Shown piece by piece: positions 16,720 through 28,794 of a stretch of DNA of 64,000 nucleotides; position 1 is the stretch's first letter, and every line of letters starts with the position of its first letter. The DNA comes from the human T2T-CHM13v2.0 reference genome, Homo sapiens. A model generated the notes under the pieces. The model worked only from the letters and a program-made list of their open reading frames with translations, searched no databases and had not been told where the DNA came from. The stretch is from the NCBI RefSeq assembly GCF_009914755.1, contig NC_060934.1, one strand, 5' to 3'. The position numbers and the translations under genes are program-made.

Positions 16720-18270
16720 AAAGCAAACCTGGAACCATTTCAATTACAAACTGAAGAAATGGCAGATTTAAATTTAATGTATAGCTAATCTCATAAGAAA
16801 AAAAGGAAGTTCCATTTTCCAGAAACAAAGAAGGTACTGAAAATCAGAGCACCAAACCAGTTAAGTGAGGCTGTGTTGGTCTTGTGGATGATTATCAAAC
16901 CCCACATTAGGTCCAAGAGAATCAGGCTTTCCTTTCCCTATAGGAACGGAGCACTGGGCCTTTGATGGAGATTTGGGACTAAGATCCCTGCACAAAGACA
17001 GAACATCATCTGGAGGATGAATTTTCAGGGAAAGGAGAAAAAGAAAACTTCTGCAAAATAACCTCTTGAGAGACAAGGAAGTTCTTTCTCTACTGGAAAG
17101 ATAAAAAAATTTCCATGAATAAACAAAACCCTGAGTTTGTGCTTAATATATGCTGCCTTACCTAGGCTATAGGAATTCTCCAACTGGGATCTTAAATTGG
17201 ACTCAGGCTAATTACCCTAAACTGCAGAGAAGCTAATGTTCTGGAAGACAGAGCCACAGGCTACAAAAGTTGACCTATCCAGTAGAAGTCAGGAGAGAAA
17301 AAAATTTAAAAAAGAGAAGCAACAAAGAAAATACATGGTAAAGAGAAAGTACAAAATAAGATAGTAGAAATAAATGCTATGCGTTAGTAATTGACATAAA
17401 CACCAACACATCACAGTAGTAAAAAGACAGAGATCCTCAGATTAGAATAAAATAAAAGAATCCAGTGTTGGGCTACTTCAGAACTAATATACAGTGACAT
17501 AAATTTCAGGGGAAAAAAATGGAAGAAAGCTGTGAGTCTGGATTCAGCAATATGGTAAAATAATGTAACTTTAAAATACTTTCACTCTAAACACCTTAGG
17601 TCCTGGGTAAAGTTACTATTTGATATCCATCAAAGAAAAGAGAAGAATAGGTTGGTGCAAAAGTAATTGCAGTTTGTAATTGCAGTTTTTGCCTTTGCCT
17701 TTAGAGGAATAAAAACACAATTACTTTTCACCAACTAATACGAGAATGCCAGAATCTAAGAAGAAACTTAAAACCATAGAAGGAAAAACAAATGCTCAAA
17801 ATGTGGCTGTTTTTGCGTTGGTTTAGGGGCAGTTAATGGTGTGGTCATGGTCATTTAAGGGATCCAAGGGCAATGCCCAGTAGGATCAGATGATCAGAAC
17901 CCTGAGACTGTGCTGAATTTATGCTACCTCACCTAGGATGCAGGAATTCCCACACTGGGAACTTAAATTGGACTCAGGCCATGTGTTGGTAGGTTTTCAT
18001 AATAAAATGTTTGAAAAGTGAAAGAAGCCAGATATTTGAGTTCTCAAACTACGAATACAAGTTAACTTCCAACTTAGAATTATTTACCTAAAACTTTAAT
18101 CAAATGATCATTCAAGTTTGAGGGCGAAATGAAGATATTTTCAAGCAAAGGCTGATTATATCACAAACAGAAATTTGCTGAATGGATGCCTGAGGATATA
18201 TTTCAGGGAGAATGAATTAAACAAAGAAAAACATAAAATGTAAGAAGTAATGATAAGCAAAAGAATATTT
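16720..18270 (+). mobile_element. Scrambled old L1M 5'/ORF1/ORF2-start fragments
   Basis: ORF2-start-like sequence at ~17355-17500 lies before ORF1-C-terminal-like sequence at ~18075-18210 (tcattcaagtttgagggcgaaatgaagatattttca). Confidence 0.45.
17647..17738. mobile_element. MADE1 (Hsmar1-derived MITE)
   Basis: taggttggtgcaaaagtaattgcag...caattacttttcaccaactaa: palindromic Hsmar1 terminal inverted repeats (TIRs), with small internal duplications. Confidence 0.92.
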
Positions 18271-18279
18271 GAAACACGT

Positions 18280-18900
18280 GCATTTCTATCCTACCTAAAA
18301 CTCATAAGTAGTTTCTAAGAGTGCCTGTTTCTCCATACGTTTTCCAGTATTCAATCTTGTCAAATTTGAGGTTTGAGTTCTTAACTTGTATTTATATACT
18401 TTAACAATAAAAGAGGTTGGGCATTTAAAGCTTCTGATTTCAGGTAATTCTTTTTATTTTCTTTTCTGTAAACTGTAGGGCCTTAACCCAGATGTTGTTT
18501 CTGCTAATTTATTAGGGCTTAAGCTTGTAATTGATTTATGAGCTATTTAGTAAATTACTTAGCTCATTAACCTTTATGTATATCATAGATATATTTTCCT
18601 GGTTTGTCAGTTACCTTTTTATTGAATCTATGGTATTTTGCCAATTTTTACTTTCATATATTTAAATTACTCAAAACATCTCAAAATTTTCCATTATTGT
18701 TTTAATATGGTACTTAGAAATCTCTGACCTCCCCAAGAATATAAGTAAATTCAATTATATTTAATTCTAACCATTTTCTATTTCATCTTTTAGATCTGCA
18801 ATTTTTACTATTTGGAAATTATTTTGTTGTACAAAGTGTGGTAGGGATCCAAGTTAATTTTTTTCTTTATTGTGATCGTACTTATTCAAATTGCATAATA
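18280..18900 (-). mobile_element. Old L1ME ORF2 3' fragment
   Basis: agagtgcctgtttctccata...tgtggtagggatccaagttaatttttttc follows antisense L1 order. Confidence 0.55.
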
Positions 18901-19734
18901 GAAATCCATCAGTGAATTAGAATTCATTTTACAAAATTTTCTCTGGTACCAAAATGTCTGTAAAGGATGGGACTTCTGTAATATATGCCAGAACTTCTAT
19001 TTCCATGCTCCCCAAATTAAAATAAAAATCTTTTTAAGTAATGTCAGGACTTTAAATATTAAGGATTACAGATACAGTTGGAGGACTAATAAGTTAATAC
19101 ATGAAAACACTTTTGACATACTACATATGGTGGGAAGTGTGAACAACCTGGTAATGACAATGTATCTTTATAAGGTACTGTTAGGACAAAATTTAATGTT
19201 CTGAAATTGGATTTGCATTGCTTCAGTTTTATTTTCAAATATGCATAAATGTATTACTTTTACAGAAGGCAAAAATGGGAAGAGTAAACACAGACTATTG
19301 AAATCACTTTGCACTTAGTTATTAAATATATCATTGACTGTTAATTTCACTGCGTGAGTTATGCATTCACAAAAATTCCTTGGAGAGCTGAATTCATCAA
19401 AGGTTAATGAGTAGTAAATTTTTATGGTGGGAAGTGTGACAAGTGCTTTTATTGTCACTGCCTCATTTGTATTTCTAATTGTCTCGATAAGTTGGGAATG
19501 TTTTCCAAATTAATATAACTTTCCCTTTTCATTCATCTTCTAAATCTCATAAAATCATACAAATAAAGTTATACTTTTATGCTTACACATATTTTTGGAT
19601 TCTTAATATTTTCATTGTCACTTTTGTACTTCAATATAAGTAACAAATGGGGCTTATGAATTTAGATATCAATCTGAGATATGTTTAACTTCCTCATTTT
19701 TGAAAGCTGCTCATTAGTATTCACCTAATACTAA

Positions 19735-20062
19735 AGAAGGATCTTCTACAATTCTCTGGACTTTTCTCTCTGTTAAGCTTTTCTTCTCTAGTACCTCATC
19801 TTGGCTTCCTCAGTCCCCCAAGTCCATCTCCTTATCGAGAATACATTGGGATCTTCCTGGGTATCCCCATCCATGCTGTGTCTTGGAAACTTTTTCCAGG
19901 CATACTTTAAGGGAATCAAAAGACTCATTTTTCCCCATACCTCAGGGATTACTGTCCTTCATTGCCTGATGTCTAACACATTACCTTTTGTTTTTATATG
20001 TATTTGTTTTGATAATTTAGAGGAGAGGGTAAATCACATCTCAAGTTAACTGGAAATGGAAG
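19735..20062 (-). mobile_element. Old L1M 5' UTR fragment
   Basis: tggaaactttttccaggca...ctcagggattactgtccttcattgcctgatgtc...ctggaaatggaag resembles an antisense L1M 5' end. Confidence 0.5.
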
Positions 20063-20235
20063 CTTGTCTAATGGTTAAAATACCAGGAAGCTTTTAAAAT
20101 AGCATTTGACAAGCTAATAATAAAATTTATTTGGAAAGTCAAAATACCTAGAATAGCCAAAAACAATTTTGAAAGAGAACAAAAGTGGACAGTATCTGAT
20201 CTGAAAACATTCTAAAGCCAAGGTAATCAAAATAG

Positions 20236-20609
<374 letters not shown>

Positions 20610-21656
20610 TAAGATTGGTTTCTGGAAATGAGATTCTGGAAATAAATCCTTATATTTATGGTCTTTTGATTTTTAATAATAGTGCCAAGGCAATTTAGTA
20701 GGGAGAGGATATTATTTTAACAAATAATGCTGGGACAAGTGGATATTTACATGCCAAATAAATGTGTTTAGACCTTTACCACATACCACACACACAGTTA
20801 ACTAAAAAATATTTATGTTAAAATATGAGAGATAAACACTAAAACTTAGAGAAAAAAATAGAAGAAACTCTTAATGATCTTTGGTTGGGTAAAGAGCACT
20901 TAATATGACACAAAATAACAACCTGGTAAATTAAACTTTATACAAATTTTAAAAGTTTGTACCTTAAAAGACACCTTTACCAAAAAGGTAAGCACCAAAA
21001 AGTCTTGTGTTTTCTACCAAAAAGAAAAGACAAACACATACTTGAAGAAAAATCTGTAAATCATATATCTGATAAATGTATTCGGAATATATAAAAGTTC
21101 TCACAAGGTAAAATTAAGATAATTCTATTTAATGTTTCACTGAAGATATGCAAATGGCTAATAAGCATATGAAAAGATGCTCACCATCATTAGTCATTAC
21201 GAAAATGCAAATTAAAATCACAATGAGATACTACTATACCCCTTCTAAAAAGGCTGTAATAAAAAAATACAGTCAACACCAAGTGTTGGTGAGGATATGG
21301 AAAAACTGAACTCTTACATGTTGTTGGTGTGAATGTAAAATGTTGTAGCCACTTAGGAAAACAACCTTGCAGTTCATCAAAAGTTAAACACAAAATTTCC
21401 ATATGGTCTAGCAATGCTACTCCTAGGTGTATCTCTAAGAGAAATAAAAACATTTGTCCACATAAACGCTTGCACACAGATGGTGATAGCCATATTGTTT
21501 ATAATAGCCCCAATGTAGCACAATCTTAATGTACCACAACTGATTTATTGATAAATGCATGTGGTACATCCATACAGTGACATATTATTCAGCAATAAAA
21601 AAAGGAACAAACTACTGGTACATGTGATAAACAATGCACTTCAAAAACATTTTGCT

Positions 21657-22543
21657 GGGGAAAGGACACCGTTTTCAACAAATGGTGCTGGGATAATTGG
21701 CTAGCCACATGTAGCACAATGAAACTGGATCCTCATCTCTTACCTTATACAAAAATCAACTCAAGATGGTTTAAGGACTTAAATCTAAGACCTGAAACTA
21801 TAAAAATTCTAGAAGATAACATTGGAAAAACCCTTCTAGACCTTGGCTGAGGTGAGGATTTCATGACCAATAACCCAAAAGCAAATGCAATAAAAACAAA
21901 GATAAATAGCGGGGACTTAATTAAACTAAAGAGCTATTGCACGGCAAAAGGAACAGTCAGCAGAGTAAACAGACAACCCACAGAATGGGTGAAAATCTTC
22001 ACAATCTATACATCTAACAAAGAACTATATCCAGAATCTACAACGAACTCAAATCAGCAAGAAAAAAGAAACAATCCCAGCAAAAAGTGGGCTAAGGACA
22101 TGAATAGACAATTCTCAAATGAAGATATACAAATGGCCAACAAACATATGAAAAAATGCTCATCACTAATGATCAGGGAAAGGCAAATCAAAACCACAAT
22201 GTGATACCACCTTACTCCTGCAAGAATGGCCATAATCAAAAAATCAAAAAACAGTAGATGTTGGCATGGATTCGGTGATCAGGGAACACTTCTACACTGC
22301 TGGTGGGAATGTAAACTAGTACAGCCACTATGGAAAACAGTGTGGAAATTCCTTAAAGAGCTAAAAGTAGAACTACCATTTGATCCAGCAATCCCACTAC
22401 TGGGTGTCTACCCAGAAGAAAAGAAGTCATTATACGAAAAAGATGCTTGCACACGCATGTTTATAGCAGCACAATTTCAATTGCAAAATTGTGGAACCAA
22501 CGCAAATGCCCATCAATCAAGCAGTGGATAAAGAAACTGTGAG

Positions 22544-22594
<51 letters not shown>

Positions 22595-22970
22595 ATGGAA
22601 TACTATTCAGCCATAAAAAGGAATGGGTTAATGGCATTTGCAGCAACCTGGATGAGATTGGAGACTATTATTCTAAGTGAAGTAACTCAGGAATGGAAAA
22701 GCAAACATTGTATGTTCTCACCGATATGTGGGAGCTAAGCTATGAGGACGCAAAGGTGTAAGAATGATACAATGGACTTTGGGGGCTTGGGCGGAAGGGT
22801 GGGAGGGGGCGAGGGATAAAAGACTACAAATAGGGTGCAGTGTATACTACTTGGGTGATGGGTGCACCAAAATCTCACAAATCACCACTAAAAAATTTAC
22901 TCATGTAACCAAACACCATCTGTGTCCCAATAACCTATGGAAAAATAAAAAATTAAAAAATAAAAAGAAG
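21657..22970 (+). mobile_element. 5'-truncated L1PB1-like element
   Basis: ORF2 C-terminus plus L1PB 3' UTR (caaatagggtgcagtgtatac...aaatcaccactaaa); TSD core cattttgct at 21648-21656 and 23027-23035. Confidence 0.93.
22547..22590. repeat. (TG)22 microsatellite inside L1PB1
   Basis: Directly visible. Confidence 0.97.
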
Positions 22971-23799
22971 ACAAAGAAAAAAAGAATTAAAGTTTTACAT
23001 AATTTTTATCATTATTAAAAAAATCCCATTTTGCTAAGTGTAGAAAAGCCAGATACAAAGAATGCTTATAGTATGATTCCACTTATATAAAAAGCTCCAG
23101 AAAATGCAAATTGGTAGTGGCCTGAGGCTGCGGTGGGATGGCGGGGAAAGAAGGTCTTAACTGCAGACAGGCACAAGAGAACTTAATGGGTGTGGTGGAT
23201 GTTCTAAAACTGTATTGTGATTACGGCTGCATCATTTTACTAAATAAATTTACTAAATGTCATTGAATTGTACACTTATAATGGGAAAATTTAATGGTAT
23301 GTAAATGAAACCTCAGCCAAACAATTTTTTGAAAAGAGAATTTAAAAGCTGGAAGATGTGACCCAGCAAAACATCCAGAACATTTCCTAAGAATATCTTT
23401 GTCTTGCTGCAAGATTTGTTTAACCAAGTGGGAGCCTACTACTTTTGTTATTGTTTCCAAGGTAGAAAAGCAGAAAGACTGAGTCTCTATGAGAGATGTG
23501 TTATCGTAGGATATGGTGGTAATGTTGGGGAGGTGTGGGGAAAGGTGGGAAAATGGGATGGAAAGATAGGAACCTCATCAGGAGGAGCTAAATTTCCATA
23601 AGAGAGGTGAATATATGGTCCAAATTCTTGGAATGTTGCAAAGGTATCAGAGGCAAATTGGTCAAGTATTGAATTGTTAGAAGATGAAGAAAGCAGGAAA
23701 CTTGTAATGTGTTTTACAAAGATTTCTATTTAAAGAAGTTGTAGAGCAATTTATTTTGTAACTGAAATGGGTAAAACGAAATGGAAACTAAGGCCTTCA

Positions 23800-25500
23800 C
23801 ATAATTACTTTAATGGCTATGGTTAGAGAAAACTTTGATCAGCATTTACTGTTGAATAGAAAAATTTCAAGAAATGCTTCTGTGCAATTAAAAAATATAA
23901 TATCAGTCACACAAATGTTCCTCAATAGAATTTGAAATCAGACTGGCTGTTAGATGAAGTTATGAATTTTCTGTCTCATTCTTTTTCTTGTTACAACTTT
24001 TGTTAAAGGGGTAAATATGTGATTGCATTTAAATACCACTGTTTTTAAGGAAGGACACTATAAGTGAGTTATAACTAAATTAGAAAATTGATTATCTTTC
24101 TCATGCCATTTAATTGTATTTTAATAGTTTTCAAATGAACAATTAAAATAAGATTTAACTACTAAAATTGATATTTTGTAATCAGGTCTGTTTATTATCT
24201 GATTAATTCTATAAAGAGTTTGACAGATCAAATTATGACAGAAATGACACCATAAATAAGTAAATCACTTAAATATCTTGCTCTAATATTTCATTTGACA
24301 TTTGAAGCACATTAAAACAAGAGATTGAATCATTGGAAATTCAATATATGTTTAATCTAATAAAAGCATGCATCAAAAACCCTCTTCCTTTTTTGAAAAT
24401 TGCTTCATTTTAAGAAGGGCTGAGATACTAATCTGACAATCACATATGAGTAGTGACACCACAATTGTCATCAGTACAAGTGATTTTGTATTTTACTATT
24501 CATTATGTGACTTTCTTGCAGGCTACTAGTATTTAATTAAACATACTATTTGCTCTGGATAATTAGCAAATAGACTTTCTCTGGATGTTTTAGATATTTC
24601 AAAACCATTCATATTTAACAAGTTACAATAATTTTATTTGGAGAAAGATAACAGAAAGAAATCTTCCTATATGCAGATAATGTTGAGTTACCGTGGTTAA
24701 TGATATTTTAAACTGGCATTAGTAAACTACAAGAACATCTTGTGAGATTCTAAGAGAAACGAGAAAGATCTGTTTCAAGTTTGGAAAACATGCAATAATG
24801 TAATAATGTGTAACATAAACAGAATGTTAGACAACAATAGAAGAGTATAAAAAGCAAACAGAAATGTAATGAATACGTATAAACTCATTTAATGCAACTG
24901 GCCTATTGTTACCTTTTGATAACAGTCTCTTTCTTTACAGTACATCCAAAGTTTTAGGTAAGTTTTGGGAATACCAACTTCAAAACAGGTACATCATTTC
25001 ACTAATTAAACATTTACAGTTAAAGTAAAAATAATCAGACATGGTCTTACTAGAGGATGGCATAAAAAGGGATATAGAATAGTTAACAAAAATTCATAGT
25101 AATAAAATATGGAAAAAAATTCTAAAAAAATAGTGTATCATACAACTGTATATTTATTAACTATAAATTTCCTATCAGCATCTATATATGAAGATCAATT
25201 ATTTGAACATAAAAAAACATAAAATAAAAATAAAAAGGAATAATAATTCAGGTATTAAGTAAACTGGGTGGTAAGAAAATGACCGTAATTGAAATTTTTT
25301 TGGGAAATGTCAAATTATTCATCTGAATTGAGTCCATGATATATAGCAGTCTGTGTTCTGACTTCTGGTTATAGGATCTTTAGTTAAGAAAGTTCTAATA
25401 TCTGGTTAAAAATAAGTGCCAGAAATAGTAGTGAACAGAGTTATTCAGAAAATAATAACTACAAACGACCAAAAATCACAATAAAAGTAGGTAGCTGAAA
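23800..25500 (+). mobile_element. Highly decayed non-L1 LINE reverse transcriptase fossil (possibly RTE-X, L4/L5-like)
   Basis: Ordered RT-like motifs across frameshifts: IPLF (24033), FYKEFDR (24207), EGLR (24414), IFLYADNVEL (24661), KLQEHL (24724), LQYIQSFR*VLGI (24935), WLKI (25403). Confidence 0.5.
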
Positions 25501-25622
25501 GTGTAATCTGGGGACTGTCTAGCTGGTAGCTGACAAGGAGTGTTTCAAGGTATTATCCTCAAAAAGAAATGGTAGCTAACAAAGAGTGGTATTCAACATT
25601 TGGAAGTAAAAAAGCAGTAATG

Positions 25623-25760
25623 GGCCAGGCGCTGTGGCTCAGGCCTGTAATCCTAGCACTTTGGAAGGCAGAGTCCGGTGAATCACTTGAGGTCAGAAGT
25701 TTGAGACCAGCCTGGTCAACATGGAGAAACTCTATCTCTTCTAAAAAAAAAAAAAAAAAA
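25623..25760 (+). mobile_element. Alu left monomer with poly(A)
   Basis: ggccaggcgctgtggctc...tctatctcttct followed by A18; no right arm. Confidence 0.9.
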
Positions 25761-25929
25761 TTGATAATGTAATCCACAATTCCATAATTATAAACAAAGT
25801 TAATTTTAAACAATAAAATATTACTAAGAAAACTGTGGTGAAATCATAAAAAGGAATGCCAATAATGTGCATTCCAAAAGGAAGTTTTTGACTATAATTG
25901 AGCTTTTTTATTTAAATTTTTAAAAAAAA

Positions 25930-26460
25930 TCAAGAATGTAAGCTATTTACCAAATGCCTTCCTACATGTATTAATATAATGCTAATATTTATTTTCTTTA
26001 ATGGATTGTTTTAAGAAATAATATTAATACATATTTTAATATTGGACCATCCTTGCACGAGTTCCTTGCAATTGGACCTCTGAGCTAATCCTACTCGTTC
26101 ATAATGTTTTTCATAATTTTCTTTAGGATATCTTTGCTAGTGTTTATTGAGACATTTTAGGTCTGTAATGATTCATTTTGTCAATGTTTTATTTTTATTT
26201 TATAAGGTGTTTGACACACATGTTCATTATTATTATTAGTGCCTATTTAATGTGAAAATAGCTAAGGGAAGTTTATTATTCCTCTCACATCTAATGTGTT
26301 TCTGTCAATTTGTTTCATATATTTAAAAAAATCTATTTTGATATAACATTATTCAGTTCATAAAGATTCACGGCAGTTCTATCTTCATTGTGGAGCTTCA
26401 CTGCATCTAGAATGCTGCTATTTAATTTCTTATCAAAATTAAAATTTCATAAAGCCCTTA
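25930..26460 (-). mobile_element. Old L1M ORF2 fragments
   Basis: aaatgccttcctacatgtatt...ggaccatccttgcac...tttgctagtgtttattgag match antisense L1. Confidence 0.5.
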
Positions 26461-27764
26461 AAACTTTTTTCTCACATGCTACAATATAAGCATGAGCACA
26501 TCCTTCTTAATTCATTCCTGCACCTTTTGTGGAACCAAATGTAAGACGTCATATGCTTCCTGTTACATTCTTTTTGTACTGGACCCTTCAGAGTAAGCAG
26601 AGACTTTTTATTCCTCTGATCAGTTATTTGTATTCTCTTCTTCCTCCTTTGCCTAGGATGAAGGGATAAAGACTTCTTAACATGAAGCATGAAAAAACGT
26701 GTTTGTAAATAAAATAATTAATTGTGAATATTCACAAAGGATGTGGCAAATTGTATAGACCGTCACCAGAGCATTTTTAGAAATGAAAATATAAGTATGA
26801 ACAACTTCAACTTCAATCTGGAAATTCTTCCTTGGAAAGATATTGTTGCCGTAAGGTACATTTATGCATTTAGAACTGTAAAAAACAGTTCAGTTTATGT
26901 TAAAAATACAGCTTTATTTTATGCTGCAGTATTGGATTCTGTATTTCTGAGCTGGGCTAGCCAAGCGTGGACTTTGTTTACCACGGATTTGAAAGAGCTC
27001 TTTACATAAGCACATGCAGCATGTCTATATTGTAGATTGTGAGTGGGTTGCCCTAGTTTATAGAGATCTCATTTATCTGTTTATGATTTTTGATTAAAAC
27101 TTATGAGTTGCCCAATCAACTTCCTTAATAGCCAAATGAGGAAGGAGTCCAAGTCATTTAAGACAGAATAGCACTAGGGGGAGCAGAAATAGATGTAACC
27201 TCTCTATGCTTTCTAACTAAACAAGGTATGTGTATTTAAGAAAGTTAATGCCACCCAACTTGGTAGATTACGTTTGTCATATGAGATTGAAAGAACACAA
27301 TATGCATATTTTGGCACATTTCTAAATCCAACTTACACATACAATTCTCTATACATTTAGATTCCAACTTTGTTTATGGTTAGAATATAAAAATTATGAA
27401 ACTTAAAAATAAGCTTTTAAAACTCAAGAAACTACTACACTATTGACCACAATGCTTTCCTTGATCAGATTCTGACCAAGAGTTAACCTCGGATTTTGGC
27501 TTATATCAGAGCTGTAAATCCTTATACTTCCTCCTGCCTACAACAGACATATTGTATGGGTATTTTGTTCTCATCCTTTCATAAATTTTATCTTTTTTCT
27601 TCATCTTGGTGATGCAAGCTGCATGTCTATTTAGCATAATAAGCATATTCTGTGAAAGAATGAAAACAAACAATAACGTATTATTTTTCACCATTGCAGA
27701 CTTTATGCATTTCTTAAAGACAGAAAGGCAGAAAAATCCAGACTGTAATATGCAACAGGGTTTA

Positions 27765-28760
27765 TTATTATTTTGTCTGACAATTTTCTATGAACATTTT
27801 CAAATAGAAAAGTTGAAAGAATTTTACTGCAAATGCCCACACATTCACCACTTAGATCCTACAAATTAATATTCTGCTATATTTGCTTTATTATGTATCT
27901 GTTTATCTATCCATTCTTCTAATCACCCATCAGTCTCTCTTATTTTTAAAATGCATTTCAAAGAAAGCAGCAGGTATTAATATAGCTCAATCCTAAAACC
28001 TTCAACAAACATATCATTCATTCGATTTTGATATTTGTTCATAGTATTATTTTTGGAAAGATAAAATTTATATACAAAGAATTTGAAATATCTTAAGTGT
28101 ATATTCTCTGAGTCTGGGCAAATCTGTACTCCTGTGAAACCCAAAATTCTATCCAGATATAAGACGTTACCCTTGTATTGTGTCCTGGGGCTGCCTTTTT
28201 ACTACAGCCTGGGTGGCTTACAACAGAAATGTATTATCTCACGGTTCTGGAGGCTACAAACCTGAAATCAAGATGTGGGTGGGGCCATGCTTCCTCTGAA
28301 GGCTCCAGGGAGGAATCCTTCCTTACCTCTTCCTAGCTTCTGTTTCCCTGGTTTGCAGCTGCATCACTCCATCTCTGCCTCTGTCTTTACATGGCCTTCT
28401 TCTCTGTGTGTCTCTTTTCTTATAAAGGACACAAGTTAGTGGATCTAGTATCCACCCAAATCCAGTATGCCTCATCTTAACTTGATTACATCTGCAAAGA
28501 TCCTATTTCCAGATAAGGTCACACTTACAGGTACCAGGGTTTAGACTTCAAGATGTCTTTTTGAGCAACATAATTCAACCTACAGCAACTGTCACAGCCC
28601 AGGAAATTCCCTCATGCCCATTTCCAGTCACTCACTGTTCCCTTTCACTCTGAGGCAACCACCGTTCTGACTTTTTTCCCCTCTTATCATAGATAAATTT
28701 ATCCTGGCCTAGAACATTAGTTAAATCAAATCAAATAGAATGCACACTTTTGTTTTTATA
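27765..28760 (-). mobile_element. Old L1ME/L1MC 3' UTR, interrupted by MLT1
   Basis: aaatagaaaagttgaaagaattttac...; resumes at ggaaattccctcatgcccatttccagtc...gaggcaaccaccgttctga. Confidence 0.7.
28174..28587 (-). mobile_element. MLT1B/C MaLR LTR
   Basis: tgtattg...ctcacggttctggaggct...ttaacttgattacatctgcaaagatcctatttcc...aattcaacctacagca, with TG..CA ends. Confidence 0.88.
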
Positions 28761-28794
28761 GCAGAGGCTTGAAAGTACATTCTTTTTTTTCATT

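Noticed and set aside
24925-24965. Plus-strand micro-exon-like signal (ttctttacag...ag|gtaagt)
   Set aside because: Only 17 nt, not frame-preserving, inside the putative LINE fossil, and without other support.
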